From Setoptus koraiensis (lineage: Eukaryota; Animalia; Arthropoda): DNA of 64,000 bases. Below the pieces are notes generated by a model that saw only the letters and a list, made by a program, of their open reading frames with translations, ran no database searches and was not told the DNA's origin. Positions 1 through 10,661 of this stretch are shown here, in pieces; the first letter of the stretch is position 1, and each line of letters begins with the position of its first letter. The stretch spans positions 23,498,001 through 23,562,000 of the forward strand of contig CM106585.1 in the NCBI GenBank assembly GCA_048013815.1, written 5' to 3'. A program made the translations under genes and the position numbers.

Positions 1-1664
1 ATTTCAGAGTTGGACTAGAAATTGGCGCATTAGCTATATTATTTATGACAGTACTTGTGACCGGATTTGTGGTAGAAAATGCCTACGATTGGCGGATTGT
101 ATTCAGATTATATAGAAGTCCATTACTCTTGGTGATATTTCTATTCCAATCGGGTATAAGTATTATGATATGGAAACATTACAAGATAAATCATGTTCTC
201 ATATTCGAGCTAGACCCTAGAAACAATCTTTCCTATCATCATTTTTTCGAATTTGGTGCATTATTGGGTATTATATGGTCATTATCAGTACTTGTATTCT
301 TGTTTTCGAATAGACTAGAGGTCCCTCCACTCATTTGTCCACTTGTTGTAGTCTTGTTGATAACATTCTATCTATTTAACCCAACAGCCACTTGTCATCA
401 TCAAGCGAGATTTTGGCTGCTACGAAAGTTGGTAAGTTTTTATTTAAACTGATTTAACTAGAACAAGTACTGTGTAGTGCATGGATACTAATTAACTTTT
501 ACAATTATATAGAGTCGCATATTCACAGCACCCTTCCAACCTATAAGGTTTGCAGATTTTTGGATAGCCGATCAACTTGTTAGTATTGTACCACTCTTTT
601 TAGATCTGGAATACTTGAGTTGCTTCTATACCACTGGCCATCTACATGTAGCCAATCTCGACATAAAGAATGCTGGTGAGTATCATAAAAAAAAATTGTT
701 TCAATTAACTTTAGTGTTGCATAGCAATGCATTTAGACAAATCAACTTACACTTTTATATTGTTCGAATATTGCAACCAGATCGTTGTGTTATAAGAAAG
801 CCTCATGATTTAGCCATCAGATCAATATTTGCTGCCTTACCAGCTTGGTTTAGAGCAGCACAATGCTTTCGAAGATGGAAGGATGAAAATTGGAACCTTC
901 ATCATTTATGCAACGCCTTCAAGTATCTTTGCATGGTTGGAGTAGTCTTTCTCTCTACAATAGCTCAATATAATAATCCAAAATTCAACCATTCAGACAC
1001 ATATACTATTATATGGTTAGTTGCAGCTATATTCACATCTACCTTGACAGCTTATTGGGATATAATCTATGACTTTGGTTTGTTCAACTCGTTCGACAAG
1101 AAAAGGGATCGCTCGCCCAGTACCGACGGACTAACTACAAATGACGTCATAGCCGGAATAAAGCGCAAAAAGAAAAAAAGTTATAGATTCTTGAGAGATG
1201 AGCTAGTTTATCCTCCTTGGGTGTACTATTTTGCTATAGTTGAGGATTCGCTATTAAGATTTGGTTGGATAATCACAATATCATTGACAGAGTTCTCCGG
1301 AATTGAGGCAGGACTAGTGGTATCACTATTGGCGCCAGTTGAAATGTTTAGGCGTTTCGTGTGGAACTGCATCAGGTTAGAAAATGAGCAAATCAATAAT
1401 TGTGGCTTATTTAGAGCAGTCAGAGACATACCCATAGAAGTGCTCGCACCTGTTGATGAGTCGCATCTTGACAAAATTATCATGATGATGGATAGTAATG
1501 ATGGGCCATCTCTGAGGAATAGGCTACTTAGGAGACGAATAGGTCGAGTTGATAGGATTTCATTTCTGGTGCTACCAGAATCTCCCGTTGGTTCAAAAAA
1601 AATCGGTAGAACATCAGCCTATGCTAACATGGGTTTCTGTCAGAATCCAGAATGCAACGTATAG
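1..1664 (+). CDS. XPR1: XPR1/SYG1 phosphate exporter, EXS-domain C-terminal part (5'-partial; gene starts before the window)
   Basis: The frame is open from nt 3 (FRVGLEIG...). Exons are <1-431, 513-675 and 781-1664, with GT-AG introns at 432-512 and 676-780. The spliced product reads FWLLRKL/SRIFTAPFQPIRFADFWIADQL...LPAWFRAAQCFRRW...NAFKY...WDIIYDFGLF...LRDELVYP...DSLLRFGW...EMFRRFVWNCIRLENEQINNCGLFRAVRDI, which are hallmark XPR1/EXS motifs. Confidence 0.95.
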
Positions 1665-1781
1665 AGCTCAAAGTGTAATATATAGGCGGAAACAATGTTT
1701 ATTCATCGATTGTAAAAACTTTAAAGAAAAAAATGTGGATTATACTCTACGAGCACTTCTAGCATGAGACTTTCACGAATA

Positions 1782-2340
1782 TCACTGAAAACTCTTGAAT
1801 ATAGACTGCAGATGAGGATTTTCATCTGTGTTGTAATATCTCCTCTTCATAGCTCTGTATTTTTTAAGATGGTAGGCAGCAATAATCTCACGACACACAT
1901 ATTCTCCTTTGGATATCAATTGATCAATCTCTTGTTGAGTACTAACGTGTTTGTTCTGAGTAGAGTGGAATGTAAGGAATTAACCGTGAGATTAGTACTC
2001 TGTAGATGGTCTTATGTTGGGATCTCATGAGAGATTTAGAATCAGTTGGTCAAGTAAGATACCTTGAGAAACGCTCTCTTTATCTGTGGTCGTAGATCCG
2101 TGGGCCAATCGCGACTGAGATAGATCAACTAGAAATAAGAGAAGAAAGTTGTTTCAGAATACATTTGTCGCACTTGTCTTAATGATGCCCATGTGACCAA
2201 ATGCAAATCACATTGTCACAGCTTACATTTTTGTAGAGGCCTATCACTCTGGATCTGTTGTCTGCGGTGGACGATGTTGAACTTAGAAACATCTTTCCAA
2301 CTCGAAACAATTGTAGAAATGATTGATTTATTGCAGACAT
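1782..2340 (-). CDS. ETFRF1: LYR-motif protein, ETF regulatory factor 1 (LYRM5); 3 exons, not in the ORF track
   Basis: Manual translation of exons 2340-2227, 2128-2063 and 1955-1782 (GT-AG introns of 98 and 107 nt, both phase 0) gives MSAINQSFLQLFRVGKMFLSSTSSTADNRSRVIGLYKN/LIYLSRDWPTDLRPQIKRAFLK/NKHVSTQQEIDQLISKGEYVCREIIAAYHLKKYRAMKRRYYNTDENPHLQSIFKSFQ*. This matches the LYRM5 pattern LYKNLLYLGRDYP...FLKNKDV...KYRAMKQRY. An alternative start is ATG 2292. Confidence 0.9.
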
Positions 2341-2958
2341 CCTTCTAATATGGAAAATGTTTGTGTAATATTTATTATGTGTAGGAATCTTTTGTAAGTC
2401 CGCAAGAGATTATTATGGGTCTATTTTCATCTGTTTAAATGAAATGTAAACAAATGAAAAAATCTTCATCTTTTACCGATTCAAACTTTGCGCCAGCGAC
2501 GACACGAAATTCGCTAGATGTCGCATCAGTACCGGACGCCGGCAACGTGAGGTTAAGATGGCACAAACACACAGCTATAACGCACTGTGTGCAAAAGCAT
2601 GCGAGTTGCAGATGAAGAATGATGCAGATTGCTTGATCGAATGAATTCTATTACTGTAGCACTCTCACATGAGGGATGAGAGAATCGCGTTTCTAAAAAT
2701 TATTCTGAGAATATTACTACCAATTAGAATTGTCATTATTATTATTGTAAAACTATTAAATTCTTCCCAGAACAGGGCCTCTGTCTTATATAGTATCTAT
2801 TCAGAATACTTATATTTGGGAGCTTGGCTACTAGACATCATTCAATTCTACATATACCATCGAAATTGTGCTAATTTAATACGAGAGAAGAAGTAACGCA
2901 CAATCCGTGGACTTGGCTAATATACAAAATAAATTGGCAAATTATATTTAAGTAAGTC

Positions 2959-3576
2959 ATGGGAGCCTACAAATATATCCAAGAATTCTGGCGTAACAAA
3001 CAATCAGATGTTATGCGATTCTTGTTAAGGACAAGATGTTGGCAGTACAGACAATTGAACGTTATCCATCGTGTACCCAAGCCATCTAGACCCGAAAAGG
3101 CACGCCGATTGGGATTCAAGTCGAAACAAGGATTCGTTATTTATCGTATTCGCATCAGGAGAGGTTGCCGTAAGAAGCAAGCCCCAAAAGGTGCGACATA
3201 CGGAAAACCAAAAAATCACGGTATCAATCAATTGAAACCAAAACGTAACTTACAAGCCATTGCTGAGGAACGGGTTGGTCGTAGAGTAGCTAAAGCTCTC
3301 CGAGTGCTCAACTCTTACTGGGTTGCGCAAGATTCAATGTTTAAATTCTATGAGGTCATTTGTATTGACCCCTTCCACAAGGCCATCCGTAGAGACCCCA
3401 AGGTTAATTGGATCTGCAAGCCAGTGCACAAGCACCGTGAACTTCGTGGTCTCACATCCGCTGGACGTAAGCATCGTGGCCTAGGAAAAGGAAAGGGATA
3501 CGCCAAGACAATTGGTGGCTCAAGGAAAGCCTCATGGAAGAGAAGAAATACACTGAAATTGTGGCGAAGACGTTGA
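2959..3576 (+). CDS. RPL15: 60S ribosomal protein L15 (eL15), coding region intronless
   Basis: [32 protein letters not shown]...[15 protein letters not shown]...[22 protein letters not shown], the canonical eL15 sequence. Confidence 0.99.
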   Translation: MGAYKYIQEFWRNKQSDVMRFLLRTRCWQYRQLNVIHRVPKPSRPEKARRLGFKSKQGFVIYRIRIRRGCRKKQAPKGATYGKPKNHGINQLKPKRNLQAIAEERVGRRVAKALRVLNSYWVAQDSMFKFYEVICIDPFHKAIRRDPKVNWICKPVHKHRELRGLTSAGRKHRGLGKGKGYAKTIGGSRKASWKRRNTLKLWRRR

Positions 3577-4137
3577 TTAATCTAACAAACTTCGTAACAC
3601 TATTGTTATGTGATTTCATCAACCAATCAATCGTACACACAATAAATATAATCATAACAATTTATAATTACTTTCTCTTCCCCATTCGATTCACCTCTTT
3701 TCCTCTATCATACCCGACTGTCTTTTCACCGCCTGTCGCCCGAGCTTCTGATCATAGAATTGATCGAGACACCGCATTTCCTCAATCAAAACGTTTCACG
3801 CAGTCGAACTTGACACGCCTGCTTAGGGAAGCCTCTTTTAGACCATAATATATCTTCCTTCACGTACTAAAATGTAATTGATAGAATTAGAACAAGACCC
3901 CTGAGTTCTGTCATACTCTCAGAATCTTGTTAGATTATAATCTATTGAATCCTGTTACTTTAAGGCCGAGATAAAGGCGAAAGAGTGACAAACAACTTGA
4001 CATATCATGCAGGCGCGACGTCCTGTCTTTTGTTTCATTACATCTTCTACGCTCTGAAGTGAACTGTACAATTTTAATCACCATCAGCTTCTTTTTGTAC
4101 GGGATAACTAACAAACAAGTTTATGTTGATACCAGAC

Positions 4138-5017
4138 TCAGTCATCAACGGATTCGTACAAGTTCTCATCGAATATACACAAATCATCGACCCCACGAGT
4201 TTCAACATCTTCCTCGTCATCGCTCCTATCTTGTCGATTAGGGGAATCTTCCGAATAGTCTCGATCCTCTGGATCAGGATGCATGGCTTGGCAGTCAGAT
4301 AGGGCTCTGAAAATGGCATCTAATGTATTCTCGTCATGGGGCACGAAAAACATATCAGTTGATAGAGTTTGGCCATCATCATCATCGCTATAGTCGTTTT
4401 CTGAAATGAAACACAAGAGAATAGTTGTTACAATTGATTAGATTCTAGATAGCCGTGGATATTTTGTCTTGGGGGTTCGTTCAAGGTATTTTTCACATAT
4501 GATGTTTCATGAATACATATTTACATGATCGTAACTCAGCTCAGAGTAACTTTAAGTCGAAATACTAACCCTGTCCAGGTGATTGAACGATACTAGCTTG
4601 ACCATCTTGTACGAGCGAAAGCGCCTCCGGGAAAGTTTTGTCCACTACCATGTAGATACATTTGTGTGGAAATGTCTCATAGTCCCTAGATACAGCATGC
4701 AATGAAATATCCACATAATCTAGGATCAATCCTTGATTCGATGATGGACCATTTGCTGGGCTGTTCTTATCATTCAACTGATATCCACCTTTGCTCTCCC
4801 TGATCCAAAATAGGCGATTGGTGGCAACAATCAGTTCACCCTCTCCTAGATCCAAATGAGAACGTCTGTTGGATCTGGTCTCATCTTGGCAATCACTGAA
4901 TTGTTCCTGCTGCTGTTGTGAGATGTCACAATTAGCTACGCCTAAGAAAGCACGTGTATTTCGACATCGTAGCTTGATCCCATCGATCTGGCTCGGATCA
5001 ATGTGTGTCAATGCCAT
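4138..5017 (-). CDS. CLNS1A: Methylosome subunit pICln (chloride nucleotide-sensitive channel 1A)
   Basis: Exons 5017-4570 and 4400-4138 with a phase-1 intron at 4569-4401 (G/GTTAGT ... TTTCAG). Motifs are LGEGELIVATNRLFW, YVDISLHAVSRD, CIYMVVD and FFVPHDENTLDAIFRALSDCQAMHPDPED followed by an acidic tail, typical of ICln. Confidence 0.92.
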
Positions 5018-5277
5018 TAGATTTGAATGATGTATATATTGATAAGTGGCAGTGTCACTGTCCTAATAAATAATAACTAATCATTAGTTGAGACTGTTAT
5101 CAATTGTTAATTATGTGTGCCTTACATCCCTTGTGGATGCTAAAATGTTGTAAACAACATGTAAGAACAGAACAAGCGTTTGCAAGAACTCGCAAAAAAT
5201 CGGGCCGGGACGGATGGACACACCTACTTTAAAAACCTCTTTTAGACCACTACTGTATTTATCTTTTTTCATGTAAA

Positions 5278-6357
5278 ATGGAAGTAATAGAATTAGAGCA
5301 AAACCCGTGCGTTGTGTCATACTCTAAAGAATTTAATGTATTTATTGTAGGAACATACCAGCTGATAGATAAATCATTGGACAAGGACTCAGGTGACAAC
5401 CGGGATGGCGAAAATCTAGATTTAGTCAATCATAGGATTGGTAGCATTTATATAATTTCTATTGACTCACAGATTCTCAAATATCATCGATGCTCGAACG
5501 GTGGGGTATTCGATATAAAAATCCATTACAATCAGCAAACCACAACTTGTTGTATTTATGCGGCTCACTCGAACGGACATGCAGCGATTTATGAGTTTGA
5601 TAAATCATTGGATTTGAAACTAACAAAGGATCATAGAGTCGAACAAAGTAATTTGCTTACTTGTATTGATTCGTATAGATTTAAAGAAGGTGAAGTATCT
5701 GAGCAAGAAGATGCGATAATCGTCGGTGATGATCTAGGCTATGTGAATATTATCACATGTGGTATATCCACCTGCAGACTTATGAGTGCTGATCATGAAG
5801 GTTACTCGGTTTGGCAAGTGAAAGTATTCTATTGTAATCAGTCGAGTTTCCTGATTACTGGAAGTGATGATTGTTCTTGGAGGATATATTTATTCAAGGG
5901 TCAATTAACTTTGCTGAAAGTGATCAAAGAATTTCAAGGTGGCATAACGAGTTTTTTCATCAAACCAACTTTCGAACAAAATCAGATACATATTTTTGTA
6001 GGATCTTATGACGAAACCTTAAGACAATATAGCTTTGTTGTGCAGAGTAAATCAGATAGTGAGAAAGTAACCGACTTGGAAGTAAATTGTATCAATAAGA
6101 TGCAAATACCAGGAAGTGGACTATGGCGAATCAAGGATTCAGTTTCAGAGAAGAAGTTCATGATATCAGGCATGTATAGTGGCTGTTTTAGTGTGCTCTG
6201 CGATCTCACTAGCTATGAAGATATTATTAGTCCAGATATTGATAAAAACTGTAAAGAAAAGCCATTGTTTTATGATATAGACATATCTGAATGTAATAAG
6301 TGTTGCGTGGTGGATTTTAATAATAAAAGATGTTACATGTTAAAACGATCGAAATAG
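5278..6357 (+). CDS. DPH7: Diphthine methyltransferase / WD40 protein DPH7 (WDR85), divergent, intronless
   Basis: The ordered motifs VGTYQL, GSIYI, GGVFDIK, HEGYSVW, ITGSDD, VGSYDE, GLWRIK and GMYSG parallel the DPH7 motifs CGTYQL, GRLFL, ILDMK, HQFEAW, SGGDD, TGSYDE, GVWRIK and CMHSG. Confidence 0.8.
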   Translation: MEVIELEQNPCVVSYSKEFNVFIVGTYQLIDKSLDKDSGDNRDGENLDLVNHRIGSIYIISIDSQILKYHRCSNGGVFDIKIHYNQQTTTCCIYAAHSNGHAAIYEFDKSLDLKLTKDHRVEQSNLLTCIDSYRFKEGEVSEQEDAIIVGDDLGYVNIITCGISTCRLMSADHEGYSVWQVKVFYCNQSSFLITGSDDCSWRIYLFKGQLTLLKVIKEFQGGITSFFIKPTFEQNQIHIFVGSYDETLRQYSFVVQSKSDSEKVTDLEVNCINKMQIPGSGLWRIKDSVSEKKFMISGMYSGCFSVLCDLTSYEDIISPDIDKNCKEKPLFYDIDISECNKCCVVDFNNKRCYMLKRSK

Positions 6358-6520
6358 GACGATCGAAGCTTGATTAATGTTGTGTGAGAGAGTGTTAGCA
6401 CTGTAGAAAATTTAACTACATAAGCTTATTTGAATGAAAACGCTCAGATCTGTATATTGTTTCGAACTGTTATCCTTATAAACTTATTCGCGGCATCGAT
6501 TTTTTTTTATTTCAAGCTGA

Positions 6521-7165
6521 TCAAGCTTTCTCTATTGGAATCTTTCTAGCTGATGAGTCCTGGAGAGCGCGAGGTAATGGTGCCTCTACGGTAAGAACTC
6601 CATCTCTAGACAGTGATGATTTTATCAGTTCAGGATTAGTACCTTCCGGGAGCAAGAACTCTCTGTTATATTCTCGGAAGACCTTTCTGGTGTCAGACTT
6701 TTCCTCATGCTTCGCGTGTACCTGAAATCGAATGTGTTGAGTAGATGTATAAACTTGATTAGTCACTATGAATTAATCATTTAGATAATCATTAGGTATC
6801 GTAAGTAATCAGTGTTGATAACTCACTTGCAGCCGATTGTCGACAGTTTTAACAACAATTTCTTCTGGTTCATATTGAGTAACGTCAAATTTTAGCTTCA
6901 ATGCCTTTCCATCTGAAGATTCTTTAATGAGCGGCGAATCAAAATCGTCTATCCACGAAGTTAACTCGCGACTTCTTGATGTTGGTGTCAGCGAGCGACT
7001 TAAGCCCACTTCTCGTTCTCTGTCCATCATTTTGCTTCGGAATCGGCTCATTTCATCTTCCATTTTCCTCATCTCATCATCGAATTTGTCTCGTATTGAT
7101 TTAAAATCTCTGTCGATCGAAGATTCTTCCGATTTGTATATTTGCATTTTCTTTTCTATTGGCAT
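6521..7165 (-). CDS. HspB8: Small heat-shock protein (alpha-crystallin domain), conserved arthropod HspB8/CG14207-type orthologue
   Basis: Exons 7165-6827 and 6721-6521 with a phase-0 intron at 6826-6722. The product reads IDRDFKSIRDKFDDEMRKMEDEMSRFR...SPLI...LKLKFDVTQYEPEEIVVKTVDNRLQ/VHAKHEEKSDTRKVFREYNREFLLPEGTNPELIKSSLSRDGVLTVEAPLP. I take ATG 7165 as the start; the ORF track's longer start is a TTG. Confidence 0.93.
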
Positions 7166-9361
7166 TTTGGAAGAATTGTTTTTGTTCTCGTTGCCTGGAT
7201 ACTTTTTGATGAAACTTTTCAACTCACTATTAATTGTTGTTGTTTGATTCAGATAGAAACCTCGACTGAATTCTTCCTCTCTCAAGCTGCGATCTTAAAC
7301 TATGGAGCGTCTCGGTAAGCAAGTTCTTCTAATATACAGATGTTTATTACCATGTCGCTGGCAATTACACCTATAAATGGTCAGCGCCTCTCTCATTCAG
7401 TTACCTTCAATGGAGTAGGTGTAGAACTGCAGGCGAAGCTTAGTACTTCTTTTCGCAATTCAATCTTAACTTGTGTTCTAAGATAGAGACTAGAGGTAAG
7501 TATTATGTGCAAGTAAGCTACCTCATCGTGTCGCACCTGTTGTTTACAAATTTCTAACTTAGAAATGACGCTTCGATTCTGCCCACGCAATTTGAGAGCA
7601 AAAACGCTCTATGCTTGGTAGATGAATGAATTTCGTTGACTCATCGAGAAAGGCATTCAGCACTTCATGAAGCAAATATTCACGATCGATATAACCATGA
7701 TGTCACTCATTAATGAAAGAACAAAAATAATTACAAAGATCAACTGTAATTGAATCGCATTCATTTCAGTTACTCAACGATTGTGGCACATCGTGGCACA
7801 ATCTGATTGGACAGATTGACAATCGAAATCAAATTGGGGCCTATCCTGTTTGTGTAAACAGTGGAATTCCCTCAATTCGGGCCTGACTTTGAGTGTTGTT
7901 TGATATTATCTTAGGCAAGTTTTATTGAGTAAATATGTAATTAAAATAGTTAACTCAACACTACATGCGGATGCATTGCATAATTCATTTCTACATACTA
8001 CATACTACTAGTATTTCTACTAAATACTAGTATTTCTATTGTATCTTGCTGACAAGTGAGTTGTGAGAGTAACAAACGAAAGTTCTAGTCAGACTGATTG
8101 CGACAGAATTATGTATTGTATGTTGCAGATAATATTTACATATCGTGATATGATAGAATCTGAATACACACAATCATCATGAATGTTTACGCAAATGTCA
8201 GTTCTTTTCTGTTAATAACGCTACTACTATACTATGGAAAACTGTATCTGTATTATAATTATATAGTTTCAATGAACACAAATCAAATTTCTAGAAATAG
8301 GCCCCGTCGAGGAGTGGTGATGTAGTTATTCTCAGTAAACCATGTATGTTAGAGTTTACCACTAAAATCGAACCTATTATTCAGTTCGACCTCTCAATAA
8401 ACAAATATTTTAAGAACGGGAGCGATTCATTTTCGTTCAGATTCATCCAAACGAATTACCTGGGTATTGTTTTTTACCAGCTCGTCAACATTAATTGTCG
8501 AGCTCAATTATATTTACGTGACTGTATCAATTCAAAACAAGCGCTTATCCAATATAAATAAACGGTGTAGCAATACCCGTGCACTCCTTGAATTTTGACT
8601 CGTACAAACATCAACTGTCCGCTATCATCAGAGAGTTGCATATAGTTTTTTTTATTCTGTCCGCAGTGCGTCGCTTCTCTCGCTCTCGACTTGTCATTTG
8701 AGAGTTGAAGATGATTCCGTTGAAAGATATCTAACTTGCCCACGATTCTCATCCTATTCCGTTAGCCTGTGCAGTTATTGAGGAGTCAGCACAACACCAA
8801 GCGCCTATTTGTTGAACTTTTCTATTTTTATTCACGAGGGATAAATAAGTCACTCGGGAGTCGTCTCGTTCTCTATGACACGGCGAAAACGTCACTTAGG
8901 CATGAATCTACCCAACTGTGTAAAAGATTTAAGCTATATATCCTGAAACTCAATATCGATATGGATATTTAGTTATTGACATTGGTCGCCACCGCCAATC
9001 ATAGTTTAATCTAGAGTATCATTAGGAATACTTCGACTCTGTATACCTTCGTAGAGGCTTGGACCACTAGTTTTATTTACTATATGATAATATAGATAGA
9101 TATCAATTCTTGGGAGAGATAAATTCTTATAAGGAAGGCTTTCAGTTTTTGAACAGCACGTTCATATGTCGCACAGAAGAATAACAATAATGTAAAAAAA
9201 ATTATTATTACCTCCATATCAAAGCGATTGAGTATTTCCAAGGGTACATATAGAATCGGTGCTTCATGATTATATTTATCTGAGCTTGGAATAACAGCAC
9301 ACATACAAAAAGTTTATTCAAATATCATATATTTAAACGTGTAACAAGGTAAACTATTGAT

Positions 9362-10576
9362 ATGCCCCTCCAAAATGGATGTCCAGAAAGGAGGGAATTC
9401 CTGACAGATCAGCATGTATCATATTTGCTCAAATCGTTAAGAAAAATGCCTTCATCAGTACCATTGGGTATAGCTGAAATAAATAGGTTGAGTTCCCTAT
9501 TTTTCATATTATCAGGCCTGGATCTACTCGATGCTATCAATGATAATCTCAAACAAGAAGATAAAAATGAAATCATCGAATGGATTTATTCATTTCAGGT
9601 AAACTCAACACCCACCGACACTAGCAAAAAGCTGCCACTAGACGATACGAGTTTGATGTCCAAAGATCAGAATGAGAACTTCTCAGAATTAGAAGAGGGA
9701 CGGCCAAACAAAGTCCATTATCGCACTGATAGTGAGAAATCAACCATAGAGAACTATGATATAGATGGTGAAATAAAATCTGGATTTAGAGATACATGTA
9801 CAATGAGTTACGATATCCCAACCGATTGCGGCAATATTGCTATGACATATTGCGCTCTGGCCTCCTTAACAATACTAGGCGATGACCTCTCACGTGTGAA
9901 CGCTAAAGCCATCATAAATAGTTTGCGTAGGCTTCAGTTACCTGATGGTAGTTTTCAACCTTCAATCTTAGGCGGTGAGAGCGATATGCGTTTCGTTTAC
10001 TGTGTGGTAGCTACCTCATATATATTGAACGACTGGTCAGGAATCAATATAGATCGATGCCTACATTTTATTAGGAGAAGTATGAGCCACGAAGGAGCTT
10101 TTGGCCAGTGCCCTGGTGCAGAAGCTCATGGTGGATCAACCTATTGCGCTCTTGCAGCTCTGAAACTCATGAACAAAACGGATATGTTGACTAATCAAGA
10201 GAAAGATACTTTAATAAGATGGTGTTTGAATAGGTTCGATCATGGTTTTGCTGGAAGACCCAACAAGGATTTGGATGTCTGTTATTCATTTTGGATTGGA
10301 GCTTGTTTAGTGATCTTGGAAGCGTTTCACTTTGTTGACCAAACAAGCTTACTGGACTTCATGCTATCAGCTCAAGAAGAACGTGGCGGTCTGGGTAAAG
10401 TACCACAGTATTTCCCCGACCTCCTACATACATACTTGGGAATTGCAAGTATGGCTTTCATTAACGAAGAGGTTGCCAAACAAAGAAAAGTCAGTCTTAA
10501 CAGACTAGATGTATCACTAAATATAAGTTGTCGAGCGAGGGTATACCTTTATCGAAATCATGATGATTCACATTAA
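9362..10576 (+). CDS. PGGT1B: Geranylgeranyltransferase type-I beta subunit, intronless
   Basis: Motifs NRLSSLFFILSGLDLL, IAMTYCALASLTILGDDLSRVN, ESDMRFVYC, EAHGGSTYCA, GFAGRPNK, DVCYSFW (Zn ligands Asp/Cys) and DLLHTY (His ligand). Confidence 0.95.
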   Translation: MPLQNGCPERREFLTDQHVSYLLKSLRKMPSSVPLGIAEINRLSSLFFILSGLDLLDAINDNLKQEDKNEIIEWIYSFQVNSTPTDTSKKLPLDDTSLMSKDQNENFSELEEGRPNKVHYRTDSEKSTIENYDIDGEIKSGFRDTCTMSYDIPTDCGNIAMTYCALASLTILGDDLSRVNAKAIINSLRRLQLPDGSFQPSILGGESDMRFVYCVVATSYILNDWSGINIDRCLHFIRRSMSHEGAFGQCPGAEAHGGSTYCALAALKLMNKTDMLTNQEKDTLIRWCLNRFDHGFAGRPNKDLDVCYSFWIGACLVILEAFHFVDQTSLLDFMLSAQEERGGLGKVPQYFPDLLHTYLGIASMAFINEEVAKQRKVSLNRLDVSLNISCRARVYLYRNHDDSH

Positions 10577-10661
10577 CTCACAATTTTTGTCTCAATACAT
10601 TTGTAATATTGTCATTCTATTCTGTTCTCTACCTATCATCACATGAAAATTGTTTTGATGC

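Noticed and set aside
1966-1980. tggaatgtaaggaa resembles the miR-1/miR-206 5' end
   Set aside because: There is no complementary star arm nearby; on the other strand it is simply the polypyrimidine tract of the ETFRF1 intron.
8070-8300. GAAnnTTC / TTCTAGAA heat-shock-element-like words upstream of the small HSP gene
   Set aside because: Only two-unit matches ~900-1100 nt away, which are common by chance in AT-rich DNA. This sHSP class is often not heat-inducible.
9080-9304. Short minus-strand ORF MCAVIPSSDKYNHEAPILYVP... with a donor-like GAG/GTAAT
   Set aside because: Its ATG is only 57 nt from the PGGT1B ATG, no homology was recognised, and no convincing downstream exon was found.
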